NCBI GenBank assembly: GCA_043801595.1
Contig: JAZDLW010000019.1
Coordinates: forward strand, 1 to 64,000
Source: Candidatus Aenigmatarchaeota archaeon
GTDB lineage: Archaea; Aenigmatarchaeota; Aenigmatarchaeia; JACPZZ01
DNA length: 64,000 nt
Reading direction: 5' to 3'
Both the position numbers and the translations under genes were made by a program. Each line of letters begins with the position of its first letter. Position 1 is the stretch's first letter. Below, in pieces: positions 19,080-28,124 of this stretch. The notes below the pieces were generated by a model, which did not search any database, had not been told where the DNA came from, and saw nothing but the letters and a program-made list of their open reading frames with translations.

Positions 19080-19185
19080 CCATTTGATTCACCTTTGATG
19101 ATAACACAATTATGCTTTAATACGTTTTGGATAGCGGCAATGTTGTTTTTGTTCGGTCCTTTTGTATTTGAATTAATCTTTACTT

Positions 19186-19608
19186 TTATTCCGAAATTAT
19201 GAATTTACCCCTTAGATAGCATTCGACAAGATTTTTTGTTGCGGGGAACAGGTTTTTCGGAATTTTGTCCTCCGAAAACCATTCCCATTTTTTCCAATCT
19301 TCAGGAATTAGTAATTTTGGTTCGCCGTCGATCTTTGCAACTGCGCCTATTCCTATGTAGTGGTTTCCTAATGCGTAGTTGGCGTTTACGCAGATTATGT
19401 TGTAAACAGTTGCATTGCAACCGAACTCTTCCTTGATGTTTCTTCGTAGAGCATCTCCAATTTTTTCCCCAAAATTTATCTCTCTTCCAGGAACGCCCCA
19501 AACAGGTTTTCCCCCATAATTCCATTTATCTGTAAGAAGGCCGAGCAGGAATTTCCCATCTTTTACTACCAGAATATCCAAGCTGACTTTTGGTTCTTTG
19601 CTATCCAT
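19186..19608 (-). CDS. NUDIX hydrolase (degenerate Nudix box)
   Basis: From MDSKEPKV: WGVPGREINFGEKIGDALRRNIKEEFG; EPKLLIPEDWKKWEWF. Confidence 0.8.
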   Translation of the reverse strand: MDSKEPKVSLDILVVKDGKFLLGLLTDKWNYGGKPVWGVPGREINFGEKIGDALRRNIKEEFGCNATVYNIICVNANYALGNHYIGIGAVAKIDGEPKLLIPEDWKKWEWFSEDKIPKNLFPATKNLVECYLRGKFIISE

Positions 19609-19647
19609 CGTTGAACCATTCCTTTTACCGTTTCTGTGTGTCTTGTA

Positions 19648-19721
19648 TGCGGCGGCCGGGATTTGAACCCGGGTTTTGAACTTGGCAAGCTCATGTCTTA
19701 GCCAGGCTGGACCACCGCCGC
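19648..19721 (-). tRNA. tRNA-Gly(GCC)
   Basis: GCGGCGG...CCGCCGCA; TGAGC-TTGCCAA-GTTCA. Confidence 0.95.
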
Positions 19722-19854
19722 AAACGCAAACAGACGCACGGAAACTGAAACAGACATTGTCTGTTTCTAACTGCTTATGCGTCAGCAGACTTCGAGGAAA
19801 CCTGCGATTTCCTTTCTTAACTATTCTTCCTATTTGCGTTGTTGTTTTTATTAG

Positions 19855-20013
19855 CGTCGAGGGCGGGATTTGAACCCGCGCTGGCTTCGTTGACCGAACC
19901 AGATTTCGACTGAAGCATATCCTATGATATGCTTCGGTTTGCGTCTGGTTCAAGTTCCTTAACGCCAACAGGTTTAGCAAACCTGCGCCCTAACCTGGCT
20001 AGGCGACCTCGAC
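19855..20013 (-). tRNA. tRNA-Ser(GCT) with ~71-nt intron in the variable arm (approx. 19887-19957)
   Basis: GTCGAGG...CCTCGACG; intact CAGGT-TTGCTAA-ACCTG anticodon arm; insert between TGGC and GCCA of the variable stem; spliced length ~88 nt. Confidence 0.85.
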
Positions 20014-20131
20014 TTGTCGAATCAGAGCTGTTTTGATCAAAGAGCGCTTAATAGCGTCTTTGGCTATCGAAAAGCTTTATATTTATACGAATAAATATCC
20101 TTTTAGATAAAATAGATAAGGTGGAAAACAA

Positions 20132-20434
20132 GTGCCTATTAATGTAAAAGATATTTCTGAGGTATTCGGGAAGGATGTTTTTACTGACAAGGGTGCGTAC
20201 TGCGGTAAAATATCAGACCTTGAGTTTGATCTCACAAAATACAAGATCAGGGCGATCGTTATAGAATCTGTTAAGGGTTCTTATTTGTCGCAAATTGTAG
20301 GCGGCAAGAGGGGCGTGATTGTTCCGTTCCCGATGGTGCAGGCAGTGGGTGATGTTGTCGTAATCAAACATATAACAGCTCCTACAGGCGATATGACAGA
20401 AGACGTACCTGCCGAAACAACGACGCCAGAGTAA
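20132..20434 (+). CDS. PRC-barrel domain protein
   Basis: GKDVFTDKGAYCGKISDL...VPFPMVQAVGDVVVIK. Confidence 0.85.
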   Translation: MPINVKDISEVFGKDVFTDKGAYCGKISDLEFDLTKYKIRAIVIESVKGSYLSQIVGGKRGVIVPFPMVQAVGDVVVIKHITAPTGDMTEDVPAETTTPE

Positions 20435-20464
20435 ATTTTTCTGTATTGAAGTCCATTCTTATTC

Positions 20465-21418
20465 ATGGATAAGCTGTTGAAAGGTTCTTTATTCGTAACT
20501 TCCGCTGCGATCATCTGGGGAGGCACGCCGATAATCGAAAAGGCGGCACTTAACATTGTAAATCCGATGGTGCTTGGCGCGTGGCGTTATTTCCTTGCCG
20601 GACTTGTGCTGTTCGTTTATCTGCGCATTAAAAAGGTTAACATTGACATCGGCAGTATCGCAGGCAAACAACTTTTCATCGCATCGCTTTTCAACTCGAC
20701 CGCTGTCCCGATTTTCTTTTATTACGGTTTGTCCCTTACGGACCCTGTTACAACGGCTTCGATAGGCAATACAGGCGTTTTGTGGGTCGCGTTACTGGGA
20801 ACGGCTTTCCTAAAAGAAAAAATAAAAACGGACGAATTGGCAGGGACGCTTCTTATACTTTTTGGCGTGTACGCTATGCTGAACGGATTCAGTTTCGAGT
20901 CGTCTATCGGCGCGGTTATGGTTGCGGTGGCAGCGCTCTCGGGCGCAATTGCAATGATAATTGAAAGAAAATTGCTTCATCGATTGAACCCTTTGGTCGT
21001 TACGCTTTACGACAGGGCCGTAGGCGGTTCGATTTCCCTTATTGCCGCGCTGTTCTTGTTCGGATCAAAGGCGGTGTTAATCGGCATTATCGGATGGGCG
21101 TATCTGATATTCCTCGCAATCTTCGGCGCTTTGCTGCCTGCCGTGCTTTTTTTCAACGGGCTGAAATTGATAGAAGCTGAACGATCCGCGGCGATACTTT
21201 CCACTGCGCCATTGTTCACACTTGTTTTTACCCTATTATTTATGAACGTCCCAATAACCCAAAGCCAGGTTTCGGGTGCACTGCTTATTTTCGTTGGCGT
21301 AATCATGCTGTCGATGTCGAGAAAAATTCTTTTTGTGACGAGGAATTACGTGTCGTTGTTGGTGCGGTATGAGAAGGACGGGGTACGAAGGATTTTGGAT
21401 AAGATGCGTTCTTTGTAA
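20465..21418 (+). CDS. EamA/DMT family transporter
   Basis: About 10 hydrophobic helices in two repeats; IWG and FLKEK motifs. Confidence 0.88.
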   Translation: MDKLLKGSLFVTSAAIIWGGTPIIEKAALNIVNPMVLGAWRYFLAGLVLFVYLRIKKVNIDIGSIAGKQLFIASLFNSTAVPIFFYYGLSLTDPVTTASIGNTGVLWVALLGTAFLKEKIKTDELAGTLLILFGVYAMLNGFSFESSIGAVMVAVAALSGAIAMIIERKLLHRLNPLVVTLYDRAVGGSISLIAALFLFGSKAVLIGIIGWAYLIFLAIFGALLPAVLFFNGLKLIEAERSAAILSTAPLFTLVFTLLFMNVPITQSQVSGALLIFVGVIMLSMSRKILFVTRNYVSLLVRYEKDGVRRILDKMRSL

Positions 21419-21466
21419 GCTAACGTTTATATTCCAGCGCGCTACAATTGTATCCGGTTGCATTTT

Positions 21467-21631
21467 ATGACAAAAACATGCCCGAAGTGCGGGATCGAAG
21501 TCGTAATTTTTCCGAATGTATTGGGACATCCGGAGCCGATAGGCGACAAATGTCTGGGATGCGGTGCGAAACTGAAGAAGACGTCACTGTGGCATAAAAT
21601 CAAAACCTTTGTGAAGTGGGACAGTGCTTGA
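21467..21631 (+). CDS. Small Zn-ribbon protein (54 aa)
   Basis: Manual translation MTKTCPKCG...DKCLGCGAKLKK; two CxxC pairs. Confidence 0.6.
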   Translation: MTKTCPKCGIEVVIFPNVLGHPEPIGDKCLGCGAKLKKTSLWHKIKTFVKWDSA

Positions 21632-21671
21632 GCTTATAAGTTTATTATCGTACTGATATAGCGGAAAAAAT

Positions 21672-21782
21672 CTAGACGCTTCTTGCCATCCTCATGCTTG
21701 GCCTGTTGAGAAAGTCGGTTATTTCCAGTTCCTTGACCTTTGTTTCCAGGCTTTCCAAAAATTCGTCCACATCGCTTATCAT
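21672..21782 (-). CDS. Putative small protein (36 aa)
   Basis: MISDVDEFLESLETKVKELEITDFLNRPSMRMARSV preceded by GGTGAT. Confidence 0.4.
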   Translation of the reverse strand: MISDVDEFLESLETKVKELEITDFLNRPSMRMARSV

Positions 21783-22042
21783 TCATATCACCTAACAGCT
21801 ATTCACCGTAGTTTATGACGTGGTTTTCGAGTGGATGGAGTTCCGATAGAACTTTTAAAAAAGTTCTATCAAAAGACAGTGGATAGACGCCAAATCGTTT
21901 GACTATCGCTTATTAGAGCTTATCTCCTCAAAAATTTGAGAATGAAGTCGTTATTTGCGCCGGAGGGCGTGGAAGACGGAGGTATTCCGTAACCAACGGC
22001 GAGACACCGAAAAGCCTTCTTTTTTCGCCGATTCCCAAATGG

Positions 22043-22648
22043 TCATGATTTTTTTTCTTTCAGTACTTTGTGCGCGATCCGTATAGCTTCCGTTTTAGTG
22101 GCGTCCATGCTCATTTTTTCCGTGTTTATCACTGCGTCATAAAATTTCTTATTCATTCCATCGGTTCCGTAAATGCGGAAATATTTTGCGGAGTTTCCGG
22201 AATCGCGCTCCTCGAGTTTTTTCCTCGCTTCTCCAATGCTTAAGTTGTCCCTTTTCGCAACACGTTCCGCCTTTTCATCCATGTCGCATTCTATCAAAAT
22301 CCGGCAATCTGCATTCGAGCCGGCGGCCATTCCGGTAAGCCGGCCATCGAGGACGAAACCTCCTCTCATTGTGAGCTGGAGAGTTTTCCTTTCCATCTGG
22401 TTATCCAAATCGTCGGTGGATGATCGCGCCAATTCTTCGAGCGATACTCCGCGCTCCTTTGCAATTTTCCTGAACAAGTCGCCAGACGAGATTTTTTGCA
22501 GGCCGAACTCCTTGGCGAGCGCTTCGGCAACAGTTCCTTTACCAACACCCGATAATCCGGACACGGTTATTGTGAGACCTTTTTTATTTATTTTTGAGGC
22601 GATTTCCTTTTCGTAATTTTCGAGCGCTTTTAGAAACGTTTTTGACAT
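22043..22648 (-). CDS. cmk: Cytidylate kinase (archaeal)
   Basis: ITVSGLSGVGKGT P-loop, SSGDLFR, LDGRL, RVAKRD. Confidence 0.88.
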   Translation of the reverse strand: MSKTFLKALENYEKEIASKINKKGLTITVSGLSGVGKGTVAEALAKEFGLQKISSGDLFRKIAKERGVSLEELARSSTDDLDNQMERKTLQLTMRGGFVLDGRLTGMAAGSNADCRILIECDMDEKAERVAKRDNLSIGEARKKLEERDSGNSAKYFRIYGTDGMNKKFYDAVINTEKMSMDATKTEAIRIAHKVLKEKKS

Positions 22649-22676
22649 ATTCACATCATTCTCCCTTAAGAAAGGT

Positions 22677-23612
22677 TCATTTCATATTTTCATCGAGTAT
22701 CTTAAGACATTTCAGAGCATCGATCTCCTTTCCGGGCGTGTCGATTATTATCGTTCCCTGCATTCCGCGCGCTATTATTTCCTTGGCAATGTTCTCGAAT
22801 TTCAGGTTTGATTTTGACATTGTCGTTACGCCGGTTTCGCCGGACGGCCCGAACGACGGAGTAGAGAAGTACATCATCGGGCTTTTCAAGTAATCTGCAC
22901 CGAGTTTTGTTTCTATCTCATCGAACACTTTTGCAATGTCTTCCTGCGATGTTAACGAGCCTGCGCCGCGGGCATGGATTGCTCCGAAGTTGATGAGCGG
23001 TTCGGTCTGATGGGTCGCCTTTACGATTTCTATGACGTGGCTGAGGCTTCCTATTTCCGTGAGCTTTCCGGCGGTTTCGATCCCTATCGGAGTTTCGACT
23101 TTCAGCGAGTCAACGATTGCTGTTAGTTCTTGTGCAATGGAGCGGATCGCCTCCTTTTCGTACATGCCTTTTATTTCGCCGCACTTTATGCCTAGCATCC
23201 TTCCGTCAAGGATATACGATGAGTGGCAGAAGACGCGGATAGCCTCCCTGTACAATTCGCGTTTGTGGTTTTCGTCCGGATTGACAATGTACATGTTGTC
23301 AGCGTGAAATGACAATTGTATCCGGTATTTCTTTGCCGTGCGGTTTACCTGAAGCAAACCCGTATAAATCTCTTTATAGAGGCCAGACATGCTTACAATG
23401 CTTTTGGGGTTTGTAGTAGCAGCTAAAACGTTCTGCGGAACTACCAATGATTTGAATCCGTATTTGTAGCTGGTTTTCAGGGTTTCAACAACATTACCGA
23501 ACTGGTTGGGAATAACCAGTTCCGGCTCGCGGAAGCCGTCCTTGATACCTATGTTTATGCCGGACCTTTCCTGGATCTTAAGGTTTCTTTTGCGCTCCTG
23601 GTCGAGAATCAT
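22677..23612 (-). CDS. Endonuclease IV / AP-endonuclease family 2 TIM barrel (degenerate)
   Basis: LSFHA, GIETAGKLTEIGSL, IHARG; several expected metal ligands substituted. Confidence 0.7.
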   Translation of the reverse strand: MILDQERKRNLKIQERSGINIGIKDGFREPELVIPNQFGNVVETLKTSYKYGFKSLVVPQNVLAATTNPKSIVSMSGLYKEIYTGLLQVNRTAKKYRIQLSFHADNMYIVNPDENHKRELYREAIRVFCHSSYILDGRMLGIKCGEIKGMYEKEAIRSIAQELTAIVDSLKVETPIGIETAGKLTEIGSLSHVIEIVKATHQTEPLINFGAIHARGAGSLTSQEDIAKVFDEIETKLGADYLKSPMMYFSTPSFGPSGETGVTTMSKSNLKFENIAKEIIARGMQGTIIIDTPGKEIDALKCLKILDENMK

Positions 23613-23687
23613 AATAGTATACTAGCTTTTTTTGGATAAAAGCAGCTAATATATTAGCCTTAATTAGGCCTTTGGCAAGGTATATTT

Positions 23688-24284
23688 ATGACGTCCAGAA
23701 TAGGTGAACTTTTGCGAAAACTCGTCCACATTTCCGGCGTTATTGCAGTGCCGATCCTTTACGTTTTCGGAAGCACGAATACGGCAATAATCTTCTTCGT
23801 GCTTGCAGCGGGACTTTACCTTTATGCGAACATGCGGGCGAAAACGCCTGTCGGGAGATTCCTGGCTGGTTTTAGAAAATTGCTCGATTTCCTTGAAAGG
23901 GACAGCCAGCCCAGGTACAGGGGCGCGATATACTTTTTCGAGAGCATAGGGTTTATTGCGCTGCTTTTCCCTGAAAAGATAGCCGCGATCTCGATAATAG
24001 TGCTTTCTGTTGGCGACGGCATATCCACGCTCGCGGGAAGGGCGCTTGGGCACGTGCGAATCTTCTACAACAAATCAAAATCAGTGGAGGGCAGTGTTTC
24101 CGGTTTTATCGCGTCCTCGGTTGTCTGCGCATTAATAACAAACATACCGGTTGCGATTTTCGCGTCTTTCGTGGGCATGGTAGTCGAATCGCTGGATATC
24201 GATGTCAACGACAATGCAACCATACCATTTGCAGTGGCGATCATAATCTACGTCTTGTCCTTTGCCGGGCTGGTGCGAATTTAA
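23688..24284 (+). CDS. Dolichol/phytol kinase-like membrane protein (SEC59/DGK1/VTE5 family)
   Basis: RKLVH, GDGISTLAG, KSVEGS, NDNATIP. Confidence 0.85.
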   Translation: MTSRIGELLRKLVHISGVIAVPILYVFGSTNTAIIFFVLAAGLYLYANMRAKTPVGRFLAGFRKLLDFLERDSQPRYRGAIYFFESIGFIALLFPEKIAAISIIVLSVGDGISTLAGRALGHVRIFYNKSKSVEGSVSGFIASSVVCALITNIPVAIFASFVGMVVESLDIDVNDNATIPFAVAIIIYVLSFAGLVRI

Positions 24285-24470
24285 ACAGGTATTTTTTAGG
24301 TCGATTTTTCCCTTCTTTATCAATATTCCGTCTTTTTTCAGCATCGCGACCTTTTTGCGCGTTCCTTTGCTGTAACCGTTGACAGAGCCGTCAGACATTA
24401 CCACTTTGTAGCACGGATATTTTTCAGGACATCCCCGTGCGGTATTTTTCGGAGAAGTTTGAATAACACG
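24285..24470 (-). pseudogene. ogt: Methylated-DNA--protein-cysteine methyltransferase (Ogt/MGMT) remnant
   Basis: KLLRKIPHG in one frame joined to PEKYPCYKVVMSDGSVNGYSKG in another; the intervening HTH segment is missing. Confidence 0.6.
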
Positions 24471-24540
24471 CAAAGATATTCAAGATGAGGGTCATGGCGG
24501 CGAAGAAAACAAGGGGCAAAACCGCAGTCAGGATTGAAGT

Positions 24541-25320
24541 TCACAACCTTTTTGCATACAACCTGCACCGGCTTTCCAGCATATTTACCTCGAAACCTTT
24601 TTTTTCCAGAAATGATTTCAGTCTTCGTCCATCATACCGCTTGTTATCAATCTTATGGTACTCCATACTGATTTTTTTTATTTTTTTCAGCGTATCACCA
24701 GAACAATTGAACAAGATGTCATATTCGCTGCCTTCGCAATCCATCTTCAAGAATTCTATCGATGATATCTTTTTTCGTTTGACAAAATCATCCAAGGAGA
24801 TAGTTTCAACCACGACCTTCTTCTCGCCATTCTTGCCATAAAAGGAGTGGCATGCCGTGTTGGACGATACGGAAAGTTTTCCCCGCCCCGTTTTTCCTGA
24901 GACCGCCATTTGGCAAGGGACTATGTTGCCTGCCTTGTTGAGGGTGGCATTCTCCTGTAGCATCCTGAAATTTTCTTCAAAAGGTTCAAACGCATAGACA
25001 ATTCCGCCCGTGGTACGCTTGGAAGCCATGACCGAGAAAATGCCGATATTTGCTCCTATGTCCAGAACAGTGTCTTTTTGTTGTATTTCAAAGCCTTCGG
25101 GATTATATGCACCAAGGACAATTATTTCCCCGATAAGTTCCCTGTCAGTGATGTTTGGTCCCACTCTGACTTTGTAATCAATCCCGTTTCTTAACCTGTA
25201 TGTCAGGAACGGTTTTTTAATCAGGCTGAAATGATCCAGAAGGTAAGTGGGCCAATTCTTGACAAGGATGACAACGCCGAACAACGCCGAAACCCTTTCT
25301 CTTAACAACCCAAAATTCAC
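24541..25320 (-). CDS. FkbM-family methyltransferase
   Basis: VLDIGANIG, YAFEP, LKMDCEGSEYDIL, MEYH. Confidence 0.9.
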   Translation of the reverse strand: MNFGLLRERVSALFGVVILVKNWPTYLLDHFSLIKKPFLTYRLRNGIDYKVRVGPNITDRELIGEIIVLGAYNPEGFEIQQKDTVLDIGANIGIFSVMASKRTTGGIVYAFEPFEENFRMLQENATLNKAGNIVPCQMAVSGKTGRGKLSVSSNTACHSFYGKNGEKKVVVETISLDDFVKRKKISSIEFLKMDCEGSEYDILFNCSGDTLKKIKKISMEYHKIDNKRYDGRRLKSFLEKKGFEVNMLESRCRLYAKRL

Positions 25321-25475
25321 AAAATCACAGTATTGAATATATTTTTCGGTTGTTAAATAACTTCCGTGTCTGGTGACTGGAATAGAATGCGCATTGTCAA
25401 GAATCTCGTTCCATTATTGCATCTCGCTCATCAGAACATGGTCAGTTATGAGCAATCCGAATTTTTCGGAGAAGT

Positions 25476-26315
25476 TTAATCGCCCTGTGCAAACGTTTCC
25501 ACCATTTCGGATATGGTTGCTATCTCCGCGCCCGTTAATGTGAAAACGCGGCGCGATTCCAGGTTTTGCGGCAATTTCAGCTCTTTTACAGCGTTTTTTG
25601 GCAGGCCGAGCCGCTTGGAAGAATGCGCAAGCGCATTCCGTACGGTCTGCTTTTTATGCTGGAACAACAGCGTGACGGTTTCAAAAAATTTTTTTTCGTT
25701 CCTTACGCTGTACGGCTTTTTCCTTTTCGGCGCCATGCGTACGATTGACGAGGAGATGTCAGGCGGCGGAAAAAAACTTTTGCGTCCCACGCCAGCCAGA
25801 AGTTCGGCGTCGGCCAGATAATCGGTCATTACGGAAAGGCGCGAATACGACTTTGTGCCGGGCTTTGCGACCATGCGCTCCGCGAATTCTTTCTGGTAGC
25901 AGATCACAGCCAGTTGCATGCATTTTTTCGAAAGGAGGGCAAAGGTGAGCGGCGACGATATTTTGTACGGGATGTTCGCGACAACCTTGTCGAATTCCAG
26001 GTTTTCAAGCAGGTCAAGGACATCGCCGTTCAAAACCTTTACTTTTTCATTTCCGGCAAAGCGTTTTTCAAGGTACGCCGCAAGGTGCTTGTCGAGTTCT
26101 ATTGCAATTACGCTGCGCGCCTTTTTGGAAAGTTCCTCTGTTAAAATTCCCAAACCCGCGCCTATGTCCAGAACCACATCGCCGCTGCCTATGTTTGCGA
26201 ATTCTATCTCCCTGGCAATTATATCTTTGTCCAGAAGGAAGTTTTGCGATAATTTTTTCGACGGCTTCACTCCAAGCTCAAAAAGCATATTTTTGATATC
26301 GTGCATGAAAGTCAT
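25476..26315 (-). CDS. rsmA: 16S rRNA m6,2A dimethyltransferase (KsgA/Dim1)
   Basis: LSQNFL, DIGAGLG, VANIPY, QKEFAERM, FFPPP. Confidence 0.95.
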   Translation of the reverse strand: MTFMHDIKNMLFELGVKPSKKLSQNFLLDKDIIAREIEFANIGSGDVVLDIGAGLGILTEELSKKARSVIAIELDKHLAAYLEKRFAGNEKVKVLNGDVLDLLENLEFDKVVANIPYKISSPLTFALLSKKCMQLAVICYQKEFAERMVAKPGTKSYSRLSVMTDYLADAELLAGVGRKSFFPPPDISSSIVRMAPKRKKPYSVRNEKKFFETVTLLFQHKKQTVRNALAHSSKRLGLPKNAVKELKLPQNLESRRVFTLTGAEIATISEMVETFAQGD

Positions 26316-26870
26316 TCAGTATTGTTTCTGCAGTCCGCTTGACACGAACAACTTGTACTTGTCCTTGTCTTCGAGTTCATCCAGAATCCTTCGGATTATC
26401 ATCTTTTTCGGGTCTGGCAAGAGTTTTACGCGCTGCGAAATCTCCTCAAAAGACTCGAAGAGTTTCTCTTTCCTCGCATCGATTATGTCCCACAGATGCT
26501 TTTTGCCGACGCCCGGGATAAGCTCAAGCTGATGGAGGCGATTAGTAACAGGACCGGCGTTGTTGTAAAAGTCCACAAATCTCTTCGGGTCGCTGTCAAC
26601 GATCTTTTCAACCACGTTGTTCAACTCCTGTTTCGAAGATACTGTCAGGTCCTGATAGCTTATTCTGCCTCTGATATACCTGACCTTGTCGCGCTTGCCC
26701 TCGCCGATGTACACCCTTTCGCCAACCGGAAGTTCGAGGTCTTCGCGAGGGATAACCTCAAGCAGCGAGAAGTATTTTTCGCCTAATGTCTGCGCGATAG
26801 GTTCGGAGCGCTGCATTCCGATCCTGCCCTTTGGCAGGAAATCTATGACAATTACCCATTCGTCTCTCAT
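26316..26870 (-). CDS. DUF655 putative RNA-binding protein
   Basis: FSLLEV, RVYIGEGKRDK, RLHQLELIPGVGKK HhH; conserved neighbour of rsmA. Confidence 0.9.
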   Translation of the reverse strand: MRDEWVIVIDFLPKGRIGMQRSEPIAQTLGEKYFSLLEVIPREDLELPVGERVYIGEGKRDKVRYIRGRISYQDLTVSSKQELNNVVEKIVDSDPKRFVDFYNNAGPVTNRLHQLELIPGVGKKHLWDIIDARKEKLFESFEEISQRVKLLPDPKKMIIRRILDELEDKDKYKLFVSSGLQKQY

Positions 26871-26989
26871 CTGTCAACACCAGCAAAACCGCAGCTTATA
26901 ACTACAACTGCGTTACTCTCTGCTATCATACTTCCATTACAAAGCCGAGATTTATAAAGTTAAGACATAAATTAAAACTGTTGGTTTTG

Positions 26990-27319
26990 ATGGAATTCCA
27001 GAAGAGGCTTCCCGCGCAAGAGAAAAATATTTCCGAGATAGAATCGGATAAGGACATAAGGGTCAGGATATTCGGGAAGATTGTCGATATAGGGGAGGAT
27101 TCTTTTGTAATCGACGACGGCGAAGGACATGTCCAAATTGCGGCAGAGGTTGGCACGAGTTTAAGCGGTATACATATCAATGACAGCGTGAAAGTGATCG
27201 GGCGGGTCTTTGCGTCGGAAAACGGATTCGAGCTGAGGGCAGAAGCTTTGCAAAACGTTAACGGAATTGATTTTTCGCTCTATAAAAAGGTGAAGGAATT
27301 AGAGAAGAGTAGCGGTTGA
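26990..27319 (+). CDS. Single OB-fold protein (RPA small subunit-like)
   Basis: VRIFGKIVD...VIDDGEG...VKVIGRV; upstream of PCNA. Confidence 0.7.
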   Translation: MEFQKRLPAQEKNISEIESDKDIRVRIFGKIVDIGEDSFVIDDGEGHVQIAAEVGTSLSGIHINDSVKVIGRVFASENGFELRAEALQNVNGIDFSLYKKVKELEKSSG

Positions 27320-27321
27320 CT

Positions 27322-28074
27322 ATGTTTGAACTCACGATTTCCGATGTCGATATGCTGAAGAATTCGATTGCGGTCGCGTCCGAGATCATAGACGAGGGCA
27401 CATTCAAAATCGCAAAAAACGGCATGAGATTTGTTGCTGCGGACCGCGCGTTAGTGGCTGTGGTAGACTTAATGATCGGCGCGTCTTCATTCGAAAAATA
27501 CGAATTGACAGAAGACGCTTCGGTCGGCGTGAACATGGCAAGTTTCGTATCGATATTACGCCGCGCTTCCACGAGCGACAAGATAACCCTGAAAAAAGAC
27601 GACGGCAAAAACAAATTAAAAATAATAATATCCGGCTCTTCCTCGAGAAGATTCGAGATCCCGATCATGGATATACAGGAATCCGAGACTCCTCCCATAG
27701 ACAAGCTTGATTTCACTTCGGTTGTCGAGGTTAAATCCGACGTGCTCGCACAAGGCATCGCCGATGCAGAGGTTGTTTCCGACCTTGTCATATTCGAGGC
27801 GGACCCGCAGTTTTTCAGGATAAAATCGGAAGGCGACTCAACCAATACGGAATTAGAACTTGAAAAAGGGAATCCGGTATTGCTTAAACTTGAAGCGAAC
27901 GCAAGCACGAAATCCGGATACCCGCTGGACTACCTGAAGAAGATAATCAAGGCATCGAAACTCACCGAGACCGCGACCTTAAGGTTTTCGTCAGATTTTC
28001 CAATCAGAATGGAGTTTGACAACGGCGACAAAATCAAGATTTCGTTTGTTCTTGCGCCGCACGTAATAGAGTAG
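27322..28074 (+). CDS. pcn: DNA sliding clamp PCNA
   Basis: ADRALVAVVDL, YPLDYL, FPIRMEF, FVLAP. Confidence 0.95.
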   Translation: MFELTISDVDMLKNSIAVASEIIDEGTFKIAKNGMRFVAADRALVAVVDLMIGASSFEKYELTEDASVGVNMASFVSILRRASTSDKITLKKDDGKNKLKIIISGSSSRRFEIPIMDIQESETPPIDKLDFTSVVEVKSDVLAQGIADAEVVSDLVIFEADPQFFRIKSEGDSTNTELELEKGNPVLLKLEANASTKSGYPLDYLKKIIKASKLTETATLRFSSDFPIRMEFDNGDKIKISFVLAPHVIE

Positions 28075-28124
28075 CCTGATGGAAAGCCTTTTAATTACTT
28101 CAGCTCTACTAATGGCAGGTAGAC

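Noticed and set aside
19609..19980. N-terminal extension of the 264-aa ORF 19186..19980
   Set aside because: It runs through tRNA-Gly and tRNA-Ser; the NUDIX protein starts at ATG 19608
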